From: Epiperipatus broadwayi
Lineage: Eukaryota > Animalia > Onychophora
Direction of reading: 5' to 3'
Length of the DNA: 64,000 nucleotides
NCBI GenBank assembly: GCA_028023455.1
Contig: JAQFVV010000006.1
Location: 5,952,001-6,016,000 of the forward strand
The notes under the pieces were generated by a model. The model was not told the DNA's origin, searched no databases, and saw nothing but the letters and a program-made list of their open reading frames with translations. The position numbers were made by a program, and so were the translations under genes. Below, piece by piece: positions 12,281 to 25,649 of the stretch (its first letter is position 1; each line of letters opens with the position of its first letter).

Positions 12281-12789
12281 TGTTCTGATTCTTATGATCA
12301 TTGTGTTTGAGATTATATATAATCATTTATAAACAACAACTTTTTAAAAAAAAAAAAAAATTAAATTTGCTTTGAGTTTTTCAACAGTTGCTTTTAATCA
12401 CATTTATTTGCAATTATAGAAAGAAAAAAACTAAAAAAAATCCATTCACTTAACTTCATTATAGCAATTAAACAAAATTTAAAGATAGTAAAATTATTTC
12501 CCAAGATTTTATTGCTTTTATGATAATAACTAATTCGTTCTTTCATAAATTAAATTGTCTTCTACTATTATATATATAAAGTTTAAGATTTTGATTGTTT
12601 TCTTCTTAAAAAACATATTTGATTAATGAATATATATAATTTTAAAGTACAGTCTACCTACGACTTGAGGTTCAAATCGAAATCAAATGAAATGTTTTAC
12701 AAAAGTCTGCAGTATGATTCTGAGACAGGTAGTTCATAATCAACCCAGCTAACTATTCAAACAATGGTCAGAAAATTAAGTATCTAATT

Positions 12790-13720
12790 GTCTTTAGTTA
12801 GCGACAGCACACTCTCTGGACAGTAGTGCCACCCAGTGCAAGCTTTATTAATTAATGGATGCAGGAAAGTTTGGGCGTAAAATCCCCATCTAGGGTCTAC
12901 TCATCCAATATCCCCTGGCTAGTTTGTAGCTTGTGGTTTTCATCAGTGAGGAGCTTTGGATCTGCGAGCACTGCACCTAGATCTAATGGTCTAATGCAAG
13001 CCTCCAGCATCCACTTTTTACCTATTTAATTAACTACAAATCTAGAAGCTCAATATGGAAACATTAACATTTTCAATCCAAGCTAATCATTTTGTATAGT
13101 CATACGGATCTGAATCCAGCTCAATATCTATACATTTTTGTATCCTTGGTTTACCAAAAACAAGGGTCACTATCATTCCATAGGCAGGGATAGTATAACA
13201 GCTTGTGTAAACATAGAAAATGTTGATCATCAGATGATTTGTTGGTCTTATATCATTCCTTCCTATGGGATGATTGTGACTTTGGTTTTTGATAAACCAA
13301 GGATACCAAAATATATAGATGCTGAACTGGATTAATACCTATATGACTACACAAGTAAATGATCTTGGATTGAAAATGTTAATATGTTTTTATCTTGAGC
13401 TCCTAGCTTTATAATTAACTAAATAGGTAAAAGATGGCTGCTGGCAGGATCTTAGATCTAGGTGTAGTGCTCTCAGATCCAAAGCTCCTCACTGATGAAA
13501 GCCACAAGCTAGAAACTAGTTTAGGGATATTGGATGAGTGGGCATTAGATGGGGAATTCATGCACAAATCTTCTTGCATCCATTGGTTGCTAAAGCTTGC
13601 ACTGGGTGGCACCACTGTCTGGAGACTGTCTGGAGAGTTTGCTATCACTAATTAACAACTTGTATAGCATAGAAAATGTGGATCATGTGATATTTTGATG
13701 GTATGATTAGTTAGATCATA
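12790..13720. mobile_element. Family F long fold-back (arms about 400 bp) showing a tandem unit of about 457 bp
   Basis: Arms about 12790-13185 and 13258-13650; the spacer sequence near 13197 recurs near 13654; HHR at about 13486-13527 (+) and 12910-12952 (-). Confidence 0.85.
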
Positions 13721-14657
13721 AAACAAAGATCATCTTTTAAATCTTAGCAACCAGCAATTGACAAGCTTGTATGAGGAGTAGTTGGAGAAACCTTTCTGTA
13801 TATAATTGTTTGTAAGGTATAAAATTATAGATTAGTTGGCTATGTAATGTATGAGGTAGGATGCCCATTGAAGTACATACTTCCACTACTAGTTGTCACT
13901 TTCAGAGATCCTTCTGCATAACTCTGACGACTGGCGTCATCAAGGAAGCCAAGGTGGCATATAGTACTTTTTTGTTGTTAAATATGTCTTGCTTATTTGT
14001 TATTTTTGTGATAGCTGAAAAGTTGGAACATGAAATTCTGTTTTCTATTAGGGAATATGGCAGGCTAAGGGCATCATATTGTGATCATTAGGTGTATTCT
14101 ATTATCATGTTTCAAATATAAGTGGCCCTTTGGAATATGTTTTAAGCAGGTAAGGATTATCCCAGAAAGAGTGGAAGTTTTTCAAAGGGTCATCCCATAG
14201 CTAATACAATTATCTATCTGATATTGGTCAGTAAATGGATATCAATCTATTTTTTTTCTACTGTATGTTAAGAAATCCCTAAACAATTAAAATCAATAAA
14301 ATGAATTTAGTATGCTCACTTTAATATAAGTAACTTCTATTGATAAAGACATGGAGTGGCTTACATCAAGATTATAAAATTTATTATATTTTTAAGTATT
14401 CTGTTGCTTTTATAATTTCACCTTTGAAAGTTCTTACTAAAACAATTTTATCATTTTTAAAATATTGTTTAATTTTGTTTCCTTTTACGTATTGTACTTA
14501 TTGAGCAGTGTAATCTTTTTTTATTTATTATTCTGTGTTTCAAAAATTGTTTCTTTTTTTTTTTAAAAAAGTATTCTTACTCAGAGATTTATTTAATCTT
14601 ATTACTATAATTATAAAAGTATAAACTTTAATTCAGTCTAATATAATCATAAGTATA

Positions 14658-15335
14658 CGAAGACCGTATAGAAAATCTTTCATAAAGTCCGGTGTTGTTG
14701 TTTTTTTTTAAACAGTATGATCTTATCCGACTTTCGACTTTTACAAGACATAGCATAAATTGGAAAGTGGGAGTGAGGGTATATATATTCTGTTATTACC
14801 AATTCACATAAAATTTTAAATATTAAAGTTAGGAAGAATAGATCTTTTTTTTTTTTTTTGAGAGGGTCACGCATGCTTCTTTTCTATCAATAGAGTTTTT
14901 GTCAACTGATATATGCTAAACCTCCTTAATTTTTCATTTAAAGTCACTAGTAGACCAAACACAGATACACACTCAATATTTTTTTGAACATTTTTCTACA
15001 ACTGGTCATCTCTCTGTTCCTTCATCTGTTAACATCAGGTCCACTGAACGCAGCGATTTTAAGCGAAAAATTAAAGAGGTGTGGCATATATCAGGTGACA
15101 AAAACTCTATCAGTAGAAAAGAATCATGCGTACCCCCTTCAAAAAGTTGGCCTATTATCCCTAATTAATTTTCATATTTAAATTTTATGTAAATTAACAA
15201 TAACAGCATATATATATACCGACTTCCATTTTCCAATTTATGCTACGTCTATGACTTGAAATAGTCGAAAGTCAACTAAGCACATACTGTTTAAAAAAAC
15301 GGACTTTAGGAAAGCTTTTCTCTATGTAGTCTTCA
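14658..15335. mobile_element. Tc1/mariner-type MITE with long TIRs (about 300 bp) and TA TSD
   Basis: TA|cgaagacc ... gtcttca|TA; 14658-14950 is the inverted match of about 15050-15335. Confidence 0.7.
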
Positions 15336-17089
15336 TATATTTAGTAATATCTTATTACTGTTTCTTACCAATCAATATTTCAAGTAATTAGCTAATTAAA
15401 AAAAGTTGATTAATTACCAAACATTCAGCTTCTATTCTTGAAGAAGAAAAACAGGAATATTCACCTGTCCAAGTAAAAAGAACAGATCATATTAACCTTA
15501 TGGAACTGGCTGTTATATCTTGGCCATATAACTAATTAACTGTAATAACTTAATCTGATAGCCAATTGACCATCATAATTTGTCCACAATCAATTGCCAG
15601 GATGATTTTGCCTTCATAAGCAACTAACCAAATAATGACATTATGAACAACTGAGAATAGAAACTACAAATCACAAAAATCAGTAATTTAACCACATGAT
15701 CAAATGACCATATTGACGTAGCCAAACTGAACTAGGGCTTGGTGTTGAGAGATGTACACCACAACTTCTCTACATGGGTCATAGACCATAGGGACTTTAC
15801 TTAGCAATTCATGAGAAAGTAGTTGCAGTAAACAATGAGCGTTGCTAATTGCTCAACAAGCTTTGTGATAAATATAGCCAGAGAAAGCATTTAAAATGCA
15901 TATGTCAGGACACCCCCCCCAACCACTGACCAATGATTTCATGCTTTGACACTCCTCAGAGAGGCACTAGGATAGCTTCAGACAGTAACTGTAGTAATTT
16001 TGCTACATGTCTAACTGATCATAATAAATGATTTTATCAAGAGACTAACCATATAAATGTTTACTTTTAATAACCTCCTTTCTCTTTTCTTACCAACTGC
16101 TTTATTCTGTACATAAAATGATTTATTATTCGATATCTCAAATACGAATGAAAATTAATGAACACTTCAAAATTTATACTTATAATATTGTAATTGCATA
16201 TAGATCAGTTTGCATATTCAATGCAAAATTCTCTTTAACTTTTGTGTGGATTTTTTGTGTGTGAAGTTGGAGTAGTTGCATTCATTTACAAATAGATGTT
16301 AGTAATGGTAGTGGCATTTAAAGATGTACTAGGCAAGCCAAACATTTGACATCCCTCCCTCCTCTTTCATCATTAAAAAGAGAGCAGTTGGCTGGTTCCC
16401 AAACACAATGAATGCAGCTTGATAAAATAAGTATATTCAAAGTAGTTGAAATAAATCCATATCATCAGAAAATGGGGGCATGTACTCTGCTTGCATCCAT
16501 GCATCTCTGAATATATGATTGTAGGTTAAGTAAACTTCTATATACCAATACAACTTCGTTTGATTCTTCCAGTTTACTATAGAATTATAAAAAATTAAAG
16601 ATGGTCTCCCAATGTATGCCTGCATTGACGACGGCTTTGAATATCAAATCCTCATTAATAAAACAGAAACTGGACTTATAGTGAGGATGAAACTGCACTG
16701 TTCATCAGATGATCTTTAAAAACTCAAGCTTACAATAGATGGCGCTAAAATACAAAGAACTGCTTTTTATTTACTATTCAAAATGCAGCTCTTATTTTCT
16801 TTGTGTGCTACATTATTTTACGAAGCTTCCTTCAAGAGCTTTATATGGTGAAATTAAGTTCTAAAAATAAATTATGATTATCAGAATCTTTTAACTTTAC
16901 AAGCTGGTTACTGGATTGTAAAATCCACAGATACTTGTGAGAATGAGCAATAAGATCTAATTCAATTTTTATAATCTTGCAATATTAAGGTGCACTTATT
17001 TTGTTATTAAACAATTATTTTTATAAAGTATTAAAAATAAAAGAGATAGATTTTAAAAAACCAAAATAAATAAATAAACAAATAAAGCT

Positions 17090-17327
17090 GCTAGCTTTAA
17101 AGTTAATCAAGTAGGTAAAAGGCGGCTTTTGGGGTATTGCATTAGTTCCTAAGATTTAGATGCAATGCTTTCAAATCCAAGGCTCCTCACTGATGAAAGC
17201 CACAAGCCAGAAACTAGTCTGGGAATTTTGGATGAATAAGCACTAGATAGAAATTTTATGCTCAAACCTTCCTGAATCCACTGATAACAAAGGCCTGCAC
17301 TTGGTGGCACTACTGTATGGAGAGTTT
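17090..17327 (+). mobile_element. Family F copy with a well-preserved HHR core
   Basis: tcctca CTGATGA aagccacaagcca GAAA ctag TC tgggaa at 17184-17225. Confidence 0.85.
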
Positions 17328-17334
17328 GTATGGA

Positions 17335-17465
17335 GCAAAATATGGGAAAACTTGGACTGGGGAATGTAAAATTAAGTAGCTAACAGGTTTCTCTGGGCAT
17401 AATTGCTGAGAGAGTCTTGACTCCGTTTAAGGAGAAGCTACAGTACATCACATCACATCACATTA
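17335..17465 (+). mobile_element. 3' end of the RTE/RTEX-like LINE, joined directly to family F
   Basis: gctaacaggtttctctgggcataattgctgagagagtcttgactccgtttaaggagaag plus (catca)n tail, matching 29680-29762. Confidence 0.8.
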
Positions 17466-18494
17466 CTCTTATTAATACCCAAACAAGTGAGAAAAATAAG
17501 ATGTTATTCGTTTTTTCAACATCTCATTCAATCTCTCTTTTTCCTCATTTTAATTATAAAAGCCCATAACATTTTTGAAAGCTTTTAGGAGATTTTTATG
17601 GTGGCCTCCACAATCCAGGCATTGTGGATCTACATGGTTCTAACAATCAAAACCTAAAAAATAATTTATTAGACTATGGTTTTTTTTTTAAAAAAATCCA
17701 AATTTCTACTATTTACATTGAAATCAATCTTAAGAATTGAATATATAAATATATAAATGAAGATGTGTGAAAAGAGAAGTTTATATGCCGTTTAAGTAGA
17801 AAGCAATAACAAATAAATATAAATGAAAATAGTATATTGATGTTTTGGTTACCTTGATTAAAACATATGTATGAATCAATAAAAGTGCTTCTAAAAACAA
17901 CGTTTATATCGAACTAAAAAATATTAAATTCGTCAGTCAAATTGATGTTTCAATATTTTTACACATAAAAAAAAAAAAAAAATTAGCGAAAAAATTAATT
18001 AAACGGTATATCGCAGTGTTTATGGAGTTAACAATAATAATGTAATCGTAATTTATTTAATGTCAATAAATATTCAGAAATATATAATTTTCTCTAATGT
18101 TCTTTTCATAATAAATACGTAAATATTTAATGATAGTCAATTATTAGACATTGGGTTAATAATATCATTATAAACTTTTTAGCCAATCACGTTTTAGAAA
18201 TATGTTCACGGCTGATCTACTTTAATTAGATTTTTTTCAATTTTTTTTTCACTTTGCAATTAAAATGTAGTAATGTCAATATGTTATTAAATTTTAATAT
18301 TACTGCTTTGAATACAGAATTTTAGAATAACTTAAGAAAAATATTAATAAAATGTTTTAACAGAAAATATTGTCTCAATAGATATAACACAAATCACATC
18401 GTCAAAAATAAATTCTAGACAGCTGGTATCATAATACAATTTCTTGTTTGTGTGCCTCATTCTAATTTAACTATAACGGCTTAATATTTGATAT

Positions 18495-19510
18495 TTATCA
18501 ATTAAACTGTAGTAATAGGCTATCTATATATGCTGAACTATGATAAAGATATGTTTAAGGGACTTTGATAGTAACTGATGAGTATGGTTAAGCCCAAAAT
18601 GTGCGTCTTGGGGATCATAAATATTTTCCATATGTCCTTGATCACATGTTTATGATTATATCCCTCCACAATGTGTTAGAAGCAGAAAGAAACCAGTCCC
18701 TACTTTACAGGAGAGTGGTATAGTGAAAATTATACTATAGAAATATTATTCATTAGTCTAATGAATGACTAATAAAAATTATTAATATATTTCTATTAAG
18801 TGGTTTGCATCAAAGTTGTTAAGGCAGTAACTTTGACCCTGTCGATTAAACTGTAGTAATTGGTTATCTATATATATATTTGAAAAATGATAAAGATATG
18901 TGTAAGAGATTGTGGTCTGGGCAAACTGATGAGTATGGTTCGGCAGAAATGTGCATCTTGGGGATCATACACCTTTTGGACATGTCTTTGGTCATATGTT
19001 TATGATTACACCTTTTCACAAAGTGTTAAAGCAGATAGAAACTAGACCATGCCTAGCTAAAGAGTGATGTAGTGAAAATTACTATACAGAAATATTCTTC
19101 ATTAAGTAGGTAATCTCTAGTCTAATGAATGACTAATAAAAATTATTAATCTACTTCCATTGAGTGGTTTGTGTCAAAGTTATAATTGTGTTATGTTTGA
19201 CAATTATTAATTAAACTGTAATAGTTGGATATATATATATATATATACTGAATAATGATATATATAAGAGATTGTGATCTTGACCAACTGATTGTTATGG
19301 TTCAGCATGAAATGTACATCTTGGAGATTGTACACCTTTTTTACATGTCTTTGTATAATTTATGATTACAACCCTCCACAAAGTATTAAAGCAGATAGAA
19401 ACCAGTCCCTGACTTCTGAGAGAGTGGTGTAGCGAAAATTATTCTTCAGAATAATTATTCATTAAGTAGAAAATCTCTAGTCTAATGAATGATTAATAAT
19501 AATTATTAAT
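18495..19510 (+). mobile_element. Family B tandem array, 3 units (periods 344 and 365 bp), one HHR motif per unit
   Basis: attaaactgt at 18501, 18845 and 19210; HHR-like cores near 18575, 18926 and 19288. Confidence 0.85.
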
Positions 19511-19562
19511 TAAAAGAAAATGTTCAAATAATTGATTACAGAGTAAAATTGAAAATTGTATT

Positions 19563-20240
19563 TTTATATTGGACTATTTCCATCATCTAATATGAGTATC
19601 TCTCCATACTTCTTTGAGTGGTTTGAAGTCTCTGTTTTGCTCTTCTATTAAGTGTTGGGAGTAACAAGAAGAGATCAAAAACGCAATGTATGGGTAAGAG
19701 AACAAACAGGTATTACTGATCTCTTTGAAAAAATTAAAAGACTGAAGTGGAGTTGGGCTGGACATACTGCTAGAAGAGATGATAATAGATGGGCAATTGA
19801 AATTTAAAACTGGATTCCAAGAGATTGTAAATGACCCAGAAAGAGACCACATGTGAGATGGATAGATGAAATAAGAATGTGCAGGGGTGATGTGGAGAAA
19901 AGAAGCTAAAGATTGGAAAAGATGGATTGAACTTGGAGAGACCTTCATCCTGCAGTGGACTGATAATGGTTGATGATGATGGTGATGATGTATATGAGTA
20001 TTGAATGTCTTTAGAAAAATTTAACTTTATTTAAATATTCGAAATATATTCAACTGTTAATAATAGCACATCAAACAGGTTAGTATATGCACAACATTTT
20101 GAGAGATATTAGTCTCCGCTCTTCTTCAGGTGTTGCTGACCTGACCAGTGACTACTAGCATGGGATTCGAACCTGGGTCCTTAGATTCTTGTGTTTTGAA
20201 TTTTAAGGTAACATTCTAACCAACTGAGCCAAAGGCAATA
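19563..20240 (-). mobile_element. Family D tRNA-headed SINE with downstream hammerhead-like core, interrupted by an RTE insertion
   Basis: Minus strand: A box TGGCTCAGTTGG (20220-20231), B box GGTTCGAATCC (20163-20173), then CTGAAGA (20123-20129); the 3' body matches 46190-46310. Confidence 0.75.
19600..19991 (+). mobile_element. 5'-truncated RTE-clade LINE with 5' inversion, (GAT)n tail and 10-bp TSD
   Basis: LGVTRRDQKRNVWVREQTG...KWSWAGHTARRDDNRW...RPHVRWIDEI; TSD atatgagtat at 19590-19599 and 19992-20001; about 19600-19652 reads RLQTTQRSMER on the minus strand. Confidence 0.9.
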
Positions 20241-20757
20241 GTGTGTAGTAATTTCATATACTTATTTTAAAAAAGTCTAATTATTTTTCTTAATCTACTA
20301 TTTTCTTTTTATAATTTATTTTATTATTACTAACATCACATATATACATAAATATGTTATTATTTCTCTTCATTTCAATTATTTTCATATCTTCATAGTC
20401 AAATTAAGATATCTTTTCTGTTCTTTATGAAAATATATATATATAATAAAATTTATCTTCATTTTTTATTTCTTTAAGCATTGATTTGTACATATCTTTG
20501 TAATACCATTTACATATCTTCTTAATATTTAGAATTGAAAGGAGTTCTGATGAAGATCGCTGATGAGTCAAAATGGTAAAAAGATATCAAGCAATAAATT
20601 TTATTGGACTGCATTGTAAGAGTAATTAAAGTAGAGATATAAATAGTATTATAAAGATGTAAATTGTCTTGATAATGATCGTATAAAAATAGTTGAAATA
20701 TTTTTTTCAAGTTTTTTGTTTTCATCCGTGCATTTTTAATTTTAGCTCGATCATATT

Positions 20758-21195
20758 GCAACCATTCATCAGTACTTATCAATGAATCACTCATCTTAAT
20801 TTCCATGTATCACAGCTACAATTTACTCAGAAACATAGACCACCTCTTTCAGTATGAATCACTCATTCTTAATTTCCATGTATCACAACAATAATTTACT
20901 CAGAAACATAAACCACCTCTCTCAGTATGCATCCATTCATCAGTACTTATCAATAAATCACTAATCTTAATTCCCATGTAGTACACCTATAATTTACTCA
21001 GAAACATAGGCCACCTCTGTCAATATGCAACCATTCATGAGTTCTTGTGTATCACAGCTATAATTTATTCAGAAACATAGACCACCTCTCTCAGTATGCA
21101 ACCATTCATCAGTACCTATTAATGAATTACTCATCTTAATTCCCATGTATCACAGCTATAATTTACTCAGAAACATAAACCACCTCTTTTAGTAT
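20758..21195. repeat. Minisatellite, unit about 98 bp, 5 copies (two internally deleted)
   Basis: aatttactcagaaacatagaccacctct recurs five times. Confidence 0.9.
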
Positions 21196-21686
21196 GCATG
21201 CATTTCACAAACAATCTTCACTTGCTATGTAAGCTAAAGGTATTCAACATTTGAATCTCCAGGCTCAAATTAACTTCTGATAATTTTCATTGCATCACTC
21301 TTTTGCAAAGTAAATATTAGCTTCTATCCACTTTTAACACCTGGCAAAAATAAACATTGTACTGCAGATATATTTTCATACTTTTTTTTATTAGTGTAGT
21401 CCTTAACTCCACCATATCACAAACATCTACTAGTCCCTTATCCCTCAATAACACCATACTACAGGCATCCTCCAGCACAGGAACTTAAACCGTCCTCTTA
21501 TCCCTCATCAACTCTACCATATCATAACTATTTATCAATACAGAAACTCAGACTACCATCTCATTCTCCATCAACTACAACCATATCACAATTATCTATC
21601 AATCCCAGACAATTCTATCATCGCTCAGTACACGATATTACAAAAATTTACCAGCAGAGAACTTCAGACATATATATATATGAATT

Positions 21687-21836
21687 TATATAAATGAATA
21701 CACCAAACTTCTTTTTAAAATTTGATTTTTATATGACCATTATAAAAATATAATGTTGGTGTGTAGTTATATTTTTATAAAGGTCATATAAAAATCAAAT
21801 TTTAAAAAGAAGAGGTTTGGGGTATTCATTTATATA
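21687..21836. repeat. Near-perfect hairpin (arms about 65 bp), MITE-like
   Basis: ataaatgaatacaccaaacttctttttaaaatttgatttttatatgacc / ggtcatataaaaatcaaattttaaaaagaagaggtttggggtattcatttat. Confidence 0.85.
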
Positions 21837-21879
21837 TTTTGAAAGTTATGAACCATTCAAACTACTCCAAACCACTAGT

Positions 21880-22605
21880 TTGAAGCCTGTCCATTAAAGT
21901 ATGAAGATTGGCTATCTTAATACAAAGCTGAGTACTGATTGTATATATGTGTGGAGATAGTAATCTAGACCAACTGATGGTTGCTGGTTTAGCATGAAAT
22001 ACGTATATTGGTGATTATTTATCTTTTCAACATGTGTGTGATCAGGTGGGTCAGCAATATGAGATAGCACTGAGAGTAGTGGGTTGTGTGAAAGTCTGAG
22101 TTTGAATCTTGCATATATTAATATATAAATGTAGGTTTAAGCCTGTATGAGATCTGCCCATCCCTCGCATATGTACATATAAATGGATTAGTCTCCTGTA
22201 CATAAGGAGTCAGAATGACTAATATGTCAACATGGGTAGGATGACATCCTTGGCACTAACAAGGGTTTTGAATGTTCCATCATGAGATTTTCAATAAAAT
22301 GGAAGGCGAGTTGTGAGTTGGAATAGTTTGAAGCCTGTCCACTAAAGTATGAAGATTGGCTATCTTAATATAAAGCTGAGCACTGATTGTATATATGTGT
22401 GGAGATAGTAATCTAGACCAACTGATGGTTGCTGGTTTAGCATGAAATACGTATATTGGTGATTATTTATCTTTTCAACATGTGTGTGATCAGGTGGGTC
22501 ATCAATATGAGATGGCACTGAGAGCAGTGGGTCATGTGAAAGTCTGAGTTCGAATCCCGCATATATATATATATATAAATGCATGCTTAAGCCTGTACAA
22601 TATAT
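21880..22605 (+). mobile_element. Family A tandem, about 1.6 units, period 448 bp, with clear tRNA-like B box
   Basis: gaagcctgtcc at 21882 and 22330; HHR-like cores (CTGATGG variant) near 21974 and 22422; gaaagtctgagttcgaatccc near 22538-22558. Confidence 0.85.
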
Positions 22606-23354
22606 TCATTGATATATAAATTTAATGAAAATAAAACAAAACTGAAAAAAAAAAAGGTAAAGAAGTTTTATACATTATTTATAAAAGTTGGATTAACTTT
22701 GGAAAGAGAATTGAATTTGAGTATGGAGTTTTAACTTTAAGTTTAAAATAAAATGTCAATAAAATAAAATTCTTTTTACAAGAAGCTCTAGAAATAAAAT
22801 TGTTTATGAAATATTAAAATTATAAAAAAAATATTGATTTATTTCTTTCAACTTTAGTATATTTTAAAATTACAAAAATAATTTATTACTTATAAAAGTA
22901 TAAAGTAATATTAATTTTTAATTATGGGCAAATATTTTTTTACATAGTCTATTCAATAAATTTCTGAATAGTATTAGAAATGTCGTTGTCCAAATATAAT
23001 TTCCTTTAATAAATTTTTCACATGATTTACAATATGGTGAATATATAACCTTGATAGTGTGTGTGCATATACATTTAAAGTAAAGAAAAAAGTGAATGCA
23101 GACAAAATTTACATATACAAAAATGTAAAATAAAGTCTAAAGTGATTTGGATTAGTTAAATAATTATATTTTTTGATGTTTCTTAAAAATTCTATAAATC
23201 ACATAAAATCATATAAAGAGATCACTAATACAAATATTTATTTCTGATATTGACAAAAATCTAAATTTTTAATCTATCATATAAACTTTTTATATAAAAA
23301 AGGTTTTAAGTAATATCATTTACATGTAATTATATAAAGTTTTACTTCAATGAC

Positions 23355-23667
23355 ATGCACAGACAAAGAAGCTTTTAATTTAATTGAGTACTAAGCTAAG
23401 TGCTTTCAGAAGACATGACCTCCCATATTCATAGCTAGTCATGTAGTGAGAAAATATCTATACTGAATGTAATATGCAAATTCATGTAAATTTGAGTGCA
23501 TAAGTTATAATGTCCATTTTCTCGGTATGAAAAAGCAAGCTTCTTTTCTGTTGATTGCAGTATAGATATTTTCTCACTACATTCCTAGCTATGAATATGA
23601 GAGTACATATCTCCTGAAAGTGCTTAGCCTAGTACTCAATTAAATTAAAAGCTTCTTTGCCTGTGCA
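23355..23667. mobile_element. MITE-like element with TIRs of about 110 bp
   Basis: tgcacagacaaagaagcttttaatttaattgagtac ... gtactcaattaaattaaaagcttctttgcctgtgca. Confidence 0.75.
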
Positions 23668-25649
23668 CAATGCATTTATAGATTTATATATAATTATGCA
23701 AATATGTTATTGCATAAATAAATTAAGAATGAATTTTTAATTAAGAAACTATTTTTGTTTTAATGCATGTAGGTGAAAAAACAGTCATTGTTCCTACAGT
23801 TATAATCTTGTTTTTGTTAATTAAGAAAGAGGAGAATACTTAATTCTGTGTTTATGAATTTTCATACATTTACTATAAATATTAAAGTCAGTTTAAATAA
23901 AAAGACAAATAAATAGAAAAATAATAATTTTCATAGTGAAAAAGTGTGAGGTTTCCAGAGAAGTATATATAAGATATTTCTGTTGTATCTCATAAATCAA
24001 TAGGAGTATTACAAATATTGCTTGCTGTGCCTGAAGTTTAAAAATTCTAAATTGAAAACTTTCAGCATTATACTGTCCATCAGTTAACCAGAACATGTTG
24101 TACAGCAATCTAAATGAAATGTCAATCTATTAAGAAATTCTATTTGTATATATTAAGCTATTATTTATATATATAAAAACACAGTCTGTTGACAGAAATA
24201 TACATGTGTTTAGTGAAAAAACATTATTTGAAATATTAATTCTAAAGAAAAAGATTCTATTATCATTTATATATGAAATTGTTATTTCTATACATGAAGC
24301 ATAAATGAAACATATTTGCTATTGAATAAAACTATTAGTATATAGAGACATTATTTTTAAAAACTAACAGAAAAGTTTTCAAGAAACTAAAAAGTGAATG
24401 ACTAGCAAAAGTCTCAGAGAAATAAAAACTATTTTCAAAGCAATCAAAAAATACAACTCTAAGTAATTTTTTCTTGAATTTGTTAGATCATTTAGAAAAG
24501 ATTGGTTTTAGAATTACAAAAATATATTAGAACTGCCTAATGCTTTTTTATGTTAATAACAAAATGAAAATTCAGATTGTTGAATTGAATCAATATAATT
24601 ATAATTCCTATAATTAGACTGTGAAAATAATAATTTATAAGTTCAAGAAAATTAATAATTGAAATATTTTAATATTTTATGTATATTTAAATATATATTT
24701 AAATCCATTCACTATTTATATATTGTTAACATAAAATAATATTGGCCTACAGATTTAATGAAAAAATGAAATTTAAATATTTTATAGGATTTTAATTTTT
24801 TAAGTGCACAATATGTGTATATATGTATAACCCATTTATTATTTGCAAATTAAATGATATGGCCTAAAAAATGTAAAATAGGTAACAATTAATGTCTGGA
24901 ATAATTTATATTAGCTAACACACACATCAGCATACAAATGTGTTGTATTTATTTAAAATATATTGTTTTTTTTCTAACTGTTGAAATAATATCTCATATT
25001 TGTAAATAACTTCAAATTGAAAACAATCTGCATGTTATAAAACAATATTTGCCAATTCATAATTCATTTTTATTTATTATTACTAATCAATCAATAAATG
25101 TATTCATACTTATTTTAAATTATCATAATAAATTTATTTAAATATTAGATTAGGTAAGTCTTTGCTCTTATTCACATATAATCATAGTGTTCTTGTGAAA
25201 CAAAAAGCTAGCTTCTGACATGGAATTTAGGATATATGTGTAGGAATCTATACAATTCTTTTTAGAGTTAGTTAAATGGCACTAAGATATTAAAGGTGAT
25301 CTTCAATTCAGCCACTTTAAGTTCCATGATGATGACTACTAGTTTATCCACATCTAGTATGATCATGGTACCTGATGGCTCAGAACATTGATGATGATCA
25401 CTTGTGATATAAGGATCCCAGAATGTTTTGATATAAGCTTAGTTTTACAGTTGTTTTAGCACTTAGGTATATACATGCTATAAAAAATATTGCTGATTTG
25501 TCTTTATATATTTTGTCACATGACTGGTATTGTGACAATTAGCTTAAGAGTTTTATGTGTACATTTTCCAATCCAATGTCAAACAATGAGTGTTGGTGAT
25601 TACTTGTTGTGGATGTTGTAATGTAGCAGTAAATCTAATCTGTTGCTTC

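Noticed and set aside
14052-14149. Candidate exon with strong AG and GTAAG signals
   Set aside because: Stops in all three frames
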